The notes under the pieces: model-generated
The model's database searches: none
What the model was told of the DNA's origin: nothing
The model's input: the letters and a program-made list of their open reading frames with translations, nothing else
Translations under genes and position numbers: made by a program
In this document: piece by piece, positions 58,111 to 64,000 of the stretch
Layout of the letters: the number at the start of each line of letters is the position of its first letter
Numbering within the stretch: the stretch's first letter is position 1
Assembly (NCBI GenBank): GCA_963422735.1
Contig: OY730476.1
Coordinates: forward strand, 4,160,001 to 4,224,000
Length of the DNA stretch: 64,000 nucleotides
Reading direction: 5' to 3'
Source of the DNA: Candidatus Latescibacterota bacterium
GTDB lineage: Bacteria; Latescibacterota; UBA2968; UBA8231

Positions 58111-58800
58111 CTACAAGGATCCTTTAAACAGGATTGTGCCCATGGTGGATAACCAGCTAACTAGTACGATGCCGATGGTCCAGCGGAAATAGACACCAAG
58201 CTTGTCGTGGAAGTCGCGCACGGTCGCGTCGTACTTATTTTGCAGATTGCGCTCTGACGCGTCGATTTTTTCGTGAAGCGTTTGAGCCGAGGTGTCAATC
58301 TTCCCATCGAGCGTTTGAAACGCCGCCTCCTGCTTCCCATCGAGCATTTGAAACGCCGCCTCCTGCTTCCCATCGAGCGTTTGAAACGAGGTGTCAATCT
58401 TCCCATCAAGCGTTTGAGCCGACGCGTCGATTTTTTCGTGAAGCGTCTGAGCCGAGGTGTCGATCTTCTCATGGAGAGCCTGAGCCGCCGCCTCCTGCTT
58501 TCCGTCGAGCGTTTGAAACGCCGCCTCCTGCTTCCCATCGAGCATTTGAAACGCCGCCTCCTGCTTCCCATCGAGCGTTTGAAACGAGGTGTCAATCTTC
58601 CCATCAAGCGTTTGAGCCGACGCGTCGATTTTTTCGTGAAGCGTCTGAGCCGAGGTGTCGATCTTCTCATGGAGAGCCTGGGCCGACACATCTAGCTTCT
58701 CACCGACGGCTCGCACGTCGCTCTCAATCAGCTCCAAGCGGCGGTTGATCTGCTGCAACACGTCGCGGGTGGTTATCTCAGATGTTTCAGGGGTCATCAC
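58111..58800 (-). CDS. 11-residue-repeat coiled-coil protein with a C-terminal TM anchor (Bdr/DUF1640-like architecture)
   Basis: KIDTSAQTLHE / KQEAAFQTLDG units; WTIGIVLVSWLSTMGTILF tail; AGGAG ribosome-binding site. Confidence 0.8.
   Translation of the reverse strand: MMTPETSEITTRDVLQQINRRLELIESDVRAVGEKLDVSAQALHEKIDTSAQTLHEKIDASAQTLDGKIDTSFQTLDGKQEAAFQMLDGKQEAAFQTLDGKQEAAAQALHEKIDTSAQTLHEKIDASAQTLDGKIDTSFQTLDGKQEAAFQMLDGKQEAAFQTLDGKIDTSAQTLHEKIDASERNLQNKYDATVRDFHDKLGVYFRWTIGIVLVSWLSTMGTILFKGSL
58260..58690. repeat. 33-bp tandem repeats with a 198-bp higher-order duplication
   Basis: About 13 units; the six-unit block recurs almost exactly. Confidence 0.88.
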
Positions 58801-58995
58801 ACTATTGCTCCTCGCTTGGGGTTAAATAGTAAACGATAGGAACAGATAAGCAAAATGCGAACCACCTTTTTTATCTGGAGGGGTCGCTGCTGCGTAGCCG
58901 CTTTCTGTATCTAATGGCAGACAATGTGATCCCTCCCTTATACAGCCGACTCTCCCCTTGATAGCTGCCCGTCAGACCGTATCTTGTTCGTCGCC

Positions 58996-60039
58996 ATGAC
59001 AACAACCTTTCGCATCGGCGTCACCCGCGACTTTCTCAAGGCCGACGGGACCCTCGGCTTCGGCGATATTGGTCTCGACCTGCTCGACGAGTTCCCAAAG
59101 GTAGAGTGGGGGTTTTTAGCGGAAAACACCACCGAACTGCGCCCCGACCAGATCCGCAGCTATGACGGCTTGTTGGTTCTCGCCTCGATAGTTAGTGCCG
59201 AGACCTTGCAGGGAGCGGACAAGCTAGCACTCGTCGCCCGCTTCGGCGTCGGCTACGACAGCGTTGACGTCGCAGCTTGCAATGAGCAGGGCGTGCTTTT
59301 GACGATTACTCCCGACGGTGTGCGCCGGCCAGTGGCGGTCATGGCTCTGACGTACCTCTTGGCTCTCAGTCACAAGATGCTGGCCAAGGACCGCTTGGTG
59401 CGCGAGGGTCGCTGGCATGAGCGCCTCGATTATATGGGCATGGGCGTCACTGGCCGCACACTGGGGCTGGTCGGCCTAGGCAACATCGGTCGCGAGATCT
59501 GCACCTTAGCCAAGCCCTTCGGCATTCGCTGCATTGCCGCCGATCCTTTCGTCGATGCTGCCGAGGCTCGCGCCGCTGGTGCCGAACTGGTTGAACTCGA
59601 CCAGTTGCTGCAACGCGCAGACTACGTCTGCATCTGCTGCGCGCTCACTGAGGAGACCCATCACTTCATCGGCGAGCGCGAGCTCTCACTGATGAAGGAA
59701 AGTGCCTACCTCATCAACACGGCCCGCGGCCCCATCGTCGATCAGCAGGCCCTTACCCGCGTCCTCCAACGGGGGCAGATCGCCGGTGCCGGCCTCGATG
59801 TCTTTGAAACAGAGCCTGTACCTCAGGACGAGCCTGTGCTGGCACTCGCCGACCAAACCATCGTCGCCCCGCACGGACTTTGCTGGACCGACGAATGCTT
59901 CCGCCTCATCGGCCGCAGTGCCTGCCGCAGCCTCATCGAGGTGGCCTCCGGTCGCCTGCCCCAGCACCTCGTCAACCCCCAGGCTGCTGAGCACCCCCGT
60001 CTCAAAGAAAAACTGAACCGCTATCGAGCTATCGGATGA
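58996..60039 (+). CDS. D-2-hydroxyacid dehydrogenase family protein
   Basis: RFGVGYD, GLVGLGNIG, INTARGP, LDVFETEP and APH. Confidence 0.92.
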   Translation: MTTTFRIGVTRDFLKADGTLGFGDIGLDLLDEFPKVEWGFLAENTTELRPDQIRSYDGLLVLASIVSAETLQGADKLALVARFGVGYDSVDVAACNEQGVLLTITPDGVRRPVAVMALTYLLALSHKMLAKDRLVREGRWHERLDYMGMGVTGRTLGLVGLGNIGREICTLAKPFGIRCIAADPFVDAAEARAAGAELVELDQLLQRADYVCICCALTEETHHFIGERELSLMKESAYLINTARGPIVDQQALTRVLQRGQIAGAGLDVFETEPVPQDEPVLALADQTIVAPHGLCWTDECFRLIGRSACRSLIEVASGRLPQHLVNPQAAEHPRLKEKLNRYRAIG

Positions 60040-60818
60040 AACCCAACAAAGTCAAGCGCACCCTCAAAGAGGGCGGCACTGTCATCGGCACCATGACCTT
60101 CGAGTTTTGCACCCCGGGCATTGCTCGCCTCTCTGCCGAGGCTGGTGCCGAATTCATTATGTACGACATGGAGCACACCGGCTGGAGCGTCGAGACGGTG
60201 CGCGACCTGATCGCCACCACCAACTCCGACCACATCGAGCCTTTTGTACGGGTGCCAGCGACCCAATACCACTTCATCGCCCGCGTCCTCGACGTCGGGG
60301 CCCGAGGCGTCATGGTGCCGATGGTTAGCGAGGCACAGCAGGCCGAGACCATCGTGCAGTCGGGCAAGTACCCGCCCATTGGCCAGCGCGGCGCAGCCTT
60401 TCAAATCGCTCACGACCACTTCGCTCAAGGCTCCATCGTCGGCAAGATCGACCACGCCAACACCGAGGGCCTGCTGATCGCCCAGATCGAAAACCGTCCC
60501 GGGCTCGAAAACGTTGACCGCATTGCCGCCGTAGAAGGGATTGATGTACTGTGGATAGGGGGGTTCGACTTAAGCAACTTCTTGGGGATTCCCGGACAGT
60601 TTGACCACCCCGAATTCACCGCCGCCCTCGCACGCGTCGTCGCGGCCTGCGAGCACCATGGCAAGGCCGCCGGCTACTTGGTCAATACCATTGAGGAGGG
60701 AACTGAGATGCTGCGCCAAGGTTTTCGCTGCATAGCGTATGGCGGCGACTTGTGGCTCTATCGCCGCGCCTTGGCCCAAGGCATTGAAGAGCTGCGGACG
60801 AGTGTATGGCGGCGGTAA
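60036..60818 (+). CDS. HpcH/HpaI aldolase family protein
   Basis: DMEH, LDVGARGVMVPMV, YPPIGQRG, AQIE and WIGGFDLS. Confidence 0.92.
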   Translation: MKPNKVKRTLKEGGTVIGTMTFEFCTPGIARLSAEAGAEFIMYDMEHTGWSVETVRDLIATTNSDHIEPFVRVPATQYHFIARVLDVGARGVMVPMVSEAQQAETIVQSGKYPPIGQRGAAFQIAHDHFAQGSIVGKIDHANTEGLLIAQIENRPGLENVDRIAAVEGIDVLWIGGFDLSNFLGIPGQFDHPEFTAALARVVAACEHHGKAAGYLVNTIEEGTEMLRQGFRCIAYGGDLWLYRRALAQGIEELRTSVWRR

Positions 60819-61198
60819 TCGAAAGGGCCTGCCGGGTAGGGCAGGCTATCCAGCAAAAGGTATATAAAATGGGCGCAAGTTCTATGTGCGACCTACGCCT
60901 TTTTATAAATAGCTTGTACCCCGGTATTAACTCGGTTGCGCTGAGTGCATCTCCCCCTCTAACAGGCCATTAAGTTCTTGGAAGAGACCGCTGCGAGATT
61001 CCTGCATATTTCTGAGTTTTTCGAGTTCCTCATTTATCTCCGCAATTTATCGCAATGGAGTCCAACTGCGTGGGCGGCTTCATCAAATCCCGCCCGCACA
61101 GCCACCCGGCTATCGCGTAAATCCTGTTCCAGCTTGGGCGCATCAGTCGAGGTACGTCGAAAGTTCGCCCAACATAGGAACCTCCTCTGCTTTACTGA

Positions 61199-61452
61199 CG
61201 AGCAGGTCGTCCCCTGTCTCTTTGCCTATAGCTACAAGCGAGATCATAGGACAGTGCCCTTCGGCGAACGCTCTCATAGATCGCTAGGGCTAATTGAGTA
61301 CTAAGTGGAGTTCTTCGGGATCTCAGGTACTGCTGCCATGAAGCTCCTCAAGTGCTTGGCCAATGACACCGCTCCACCGCTCATGGCGTGTCCACGCGGA
61401 AAAGGGAATAAACTCAAGGATTGCCACGGTCCAAAGCTCGACGGACTCAGTT
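61199..61452 (+). pseudogene. Relic of a protein with a C-terminal SEC-C-like motif
   Basis: EQVVPCLFAYSYKR..PFGERSH..LIEY*VEFFG...CPRGKGNKLKDCHG, with an internal stop. Confidence 0.45.
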
Positions 61453-61456
61453 TGAT

Positions 61457-61487
61457 CAGTGGCCAGGGGTCAGGGGTCAGGGGTCAG
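61457..61487. repeat. Heptamer tandem CAGTGGC(CAGGGGT)3CAG
   Basis: Same period-7 pattern as the 23.3-kb array. Confidence 0.7.
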
Positions 61488-61718
61488 TCCCATCCGCCCC
61501 CTTGGCGGCGGGTCCCGGAACATCGACGCGGGGGACCGCGCTGGCCCGGACGAGGGCGACGGGCCAGCCGAGTGAGACCGCCTACATGAAACCGGAATCC
61601 CCAACCGCACACTAGGAAATTCCGAAAAATTCTACTAGGAGACGTGTCAAAAGACGGAAGAGAGACCGCCGCTAAACAACGTCATAAGAGCAATTCCGTT
61701 ACAGACTTTTGGGGGTTA

Positions 61719-61746
61719 TAGGGCGTCCACAAGGGGACGCCCTACG
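61719..61746 (-). repeat. GTAG-type REP-like palindrome
   Basis: Minus strand CGTAGGGCGTCC-ccttgt-GGACGCCCTA. Confidence 0.6.
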
Positions 61747-61773
61747 GAATGAGTGGCATCTGTGAGACAGTTT

Positions 61774-62781
61774 CTACCCGATCTTCACCGTCCGCTGCCC
61801 CTTCCCAGCCCTCAACACAGCCGTCGCAACCTCCAAGGCGGCGATCCCATCTTCTCCAGTAACCAGAGGCTGTTCGCCATTGGCGAAGCACTTGACCACG
61901 TGTTTGTCCTGTTCGGCGAACATGTCCTTGAGCGGATAGGAGTACACCCGCTCGTGGCCCTCGCCCGTTTTGAGCGTAAAGGCACCGCTTTTTTGCGGGT
62001 TGAAGCGCGCTGGGGCCTTTTGCGCGGTCATGCCGAATTGCAGGGAACCGGCCGGGCCAATCACGTCGTTGAGGCTCGCCACGGGTGCGCCGGCGGCCAC
62101 GCCCCAAGACCAGATTAAGGTGTGCTGATCGCCGCTGGCGAAGTTGATGATGACGCTCGCGGTGTCAGTGCCGACGCTGGTGGGGTCGAATTGCACGGAA
62201 GAGGCTTGAGCCGAAGCGGCCGGGCCGAAAATCTGCAAGGCGAAATCGTAGTTGTGTACTGCGCCGTCCATCAGCGGTCCTCCGCCTTTGTTCTCATCGC
62301 GGAACCACGGGCGGCCCGGGCGACCCCCCGCAGCAAAGCGCCAGATGACCGGCTCGCCGACAGCACCGGATTGGACGATCTCTTTGAGCTTGCCCCACTG
62401 AGCGTCAAAGCGGCGCACAAAGCCAATGGTCAGCCGCACATCTCCTTGGCTGCAAGCACGCGCCATGCGCCGCGCATCAGCCACCTTCAGCGCCATGGGC
62501 TTCTCGCAGAACACGTGCTTGCCGGCTTTGGCTGCGGCAACGACCGGCGCGGGGTGCTGGAAGGTGGGGGTACAGACCCACACCGCCTCTATGTCGGGCA
62601 GGTCGAGCACCGCTCGGAAGTCCGCGAAGTGGTGTTCGGCCCCGAAGTCGCGGGCAAACGCTGCGGCCGCGTCGGCGACGACATCCGCGGCCGCGAGAAT
62701 GCGCACACCTCGGATCTGGGATAAGCATTTGGCGTGATGGCGAGCAATACCGCCGCAGCCGATAAAACCGATATTCAGCAT
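61774..62781 (-). CDS. Gfo/Idh/MocA family oxidoreductase
   Basis: IGFIGCGGIA, HVFCEKPMA and GGGPLMDGAVHNYD. Confidence 0.92.
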   Translation of the reverse strand: MLNIGFIGCGGIARHHAKCLSQIRGVRILAAADVVADAAAAFARDFGAEHHFADFRAVLDLPDIEAVWVCTPTFQHPAPVVAAAKAGKHVFCEKPMALKVADARRMARACSQGDVRLTIGFVRRFDAQWGKLKEIVQSGAVGEPVIWRFAAGGRPGRPWFRDENKGGGPLMDGAVHNYDFALQIFGPAASAQASSVQFDPTSVGTDTASVIINFASGDQHTLIWSWGVAAGAPVASLNDVIGPAGSLQFGMTAQKAPARFNPQKSGAFTLKTGEGHERVYSYPLKDMFAEQDKHVVKCFANGEQPLVTGEDGIAALEVATAVLRAGKGQRTVKIG

Positions 62782-62996
62782 GATCTTCTCCTATTGGCAC
62801 GTAGGTGGTTGCGTAAGCAAAGTAATGGCGTCTAGCGCGGTGTTTGTCAAGGTATCGCTCGCAAACCCAGAAAAGGCAACTCATTGTCAAACAAAATGTT
62901 ACAACGCCTATAACCGCTCGGCTTACCTTGACTTTTCCCTAGCCCAAGTATAGCTTCTTTAATTCTTTTTTCTATGGGAAAGGCAAGAAAAAGGTC

Positions 62997-64000
62997 GTGC
63001 AGACTTCATTTCGCACACTCGTCGCGCTGGCGTCGTTGCTCTTGGCCGCTCCCGCGCTCCGCGCACAACCCGTCATGGCGTCAAGCGAGTTGCGCCGCGG
63101 CATGAGTGGCTTTGGGCTAACGACTTTCCAAGGCACTGAGATCGACACCTTCCAAGTCGAAATTTTGGGGGTACTAAAAGGGGCCTTGGGGCCGCGCATG
63201 GACATGATTCTCGCACGGCTCTCCGGCGGCCCATTGGAGCATACGGGTCTCATCAGGGGCATGAGCGGCAGCCCGGTGTACATCGACGGGCGGCTCATCG
63301 GCGCCATCTCCTACGGTTGGTTCTTTTCCAAGGACCCCATCGGCGGTATCACCCCCATCGCCCACATGCTCGAAGTCGCCACGCGCGAACATCCCACGCC
63401 AAGCCAGTACGGAAAAGCCTTAAAACTAGATGAAGAAACCTCTCGCCTGCTCGGCGGCGAGGGCGTCAGCACCCTAGCGCCGCTGGGGATGCCCATAGCG
63501 GTTGCTGGCTTCAGTCCTAAGGGACGGCAAGTGTTAAGCGACGCGCTCGACGCGCCGGGCCTCCAGCTTTTGGACAGCCCGGCAGGGCAGGTGCTGCCCG
63601 ACCAAGAGGTGCCCTTCGCGCCTGGGGCCTCGCTAGCCGTGCAGCTAATCCGCGGCGATTACAGCGCCGCGGCGATCGGCACCCTTACTTGGGTCGGCAA
63701 TGGGCGTTTTGTCGGCTTCGGCCATCCGCTGTTTTTGCTGGGGGCCACCAATCTGCCCGCTACTGGTGCCTATATCCACCAAGTCATTCCCCTCCAGACC
63801 GCCTCCTTCAAGCTGGGGACGCCGGCCGGCGCGATGGGGGTGGTGCATCAAGACCGCCTTCCCGCGATCGCCGGGACGCTGGGCGCGACGCCGGACATGC
63901 TGCCGGTACAGGTCGCCTTGCGGTCGGCGGCTGGCGACCACGACTTCCGCTGTGAGGTGCTGCGCCACCCCGAGCTTAGCGCGTCCTTCGTCCGCTCGGT
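62997..64000 (+). CDS. SpoIVB peptidase S55 domain protein; runs off the window end and is absent from the ORF track
   Basis: Translated by hand: signal peptide, GLTTFQGTEI..FQVEILGVL, GMSGSPVYIDGRLIGAISY, AAAIGTLTW and FGHP. Confidence 0.88.
   Translation, partial: MQTSFRTLVALASLLLAAPALRAQPVMASSELRRGMSGFGLTTFQGTEIDTFQVEILGVLKGALGPRMDMILARLSGGPLEHTGLIRGMSGSPVYIDGRLIGAISYGWFFSKDPIGGITPIAHMLEVATREHPTPSQYGKALKLDEETSRLLGGEGVSTLAPLGMPIAVAGFSPKGRQVLSDALDAPGLQLLDSPAGQVLPDQEVPFAPGASLAVQLIRGDYSAAAIGTLTWVGNGRFVGFGHPLFLLGATNLPATGAYIHQVIPLQTASFKLGTPAGAMGVVHQDRLPAIAGTLGATPDMLPVQVALRSAAGDHDFRCEVLRHPELSASFVRS

Noticed and set aside
58161-58695. Alternative-frame ORFs (176 aa and 140 aa) across the 33-bp repeat
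   Set aside because: They stay open only because the in-phase repeat lacks stop codons. The 229-aa frame has the ribosome-binding site and the TM anchor.

Overview
A 64-kb stretch of GC-rich bacterial chromosome with no rRNA, tRNA, CRISPR array, integrase or transposase that I can see. The gene content (many PhyH dioxygenases, Gfo/Idh/MocA and aldo-keto reductases, a TonB receptor, an S55 peptidase, HEAT repeats) suggests an uncultured diderm heterotroph such as a Latescibacterota/Gemmatimonadota-like, possibly sponge-associated, lineage; this is inference only. Intact genes include CoxL/CoxM-like subunits, ettA, sat, purN, arsC, surE, ybbAP/tesA, an ABC-2 exporter, mazEF, a DUF2089/DUF4097 operon and a TPP riboswitch-TonB receptor-thiamine pyrophosphokinase unit. 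They alternate with many frameshifted or truncated relics: AbiEii-like, an MvaI/BcnI endonuclease, hicAB, a RelE-type pair, a PIN fragment, DUF1992, a CxxU AhpD-like gene, SGNH and PhyH. The most unusual signals are nested direct repeats that copy gene 5' ends (31.4-37.6 kb), a 72-bp tandem array of heptamers closed by an inverted heptamer arm (23.3 kb), a 127-bp MITE with a TAA target duplication, an internally duplicated membrane protein coupled to GMC and Gfo oxidoreductases and ettA, and an 11-residue-repeat tail-anchored protein. Family assignments come from recognising motifs by eye, not from database searches.
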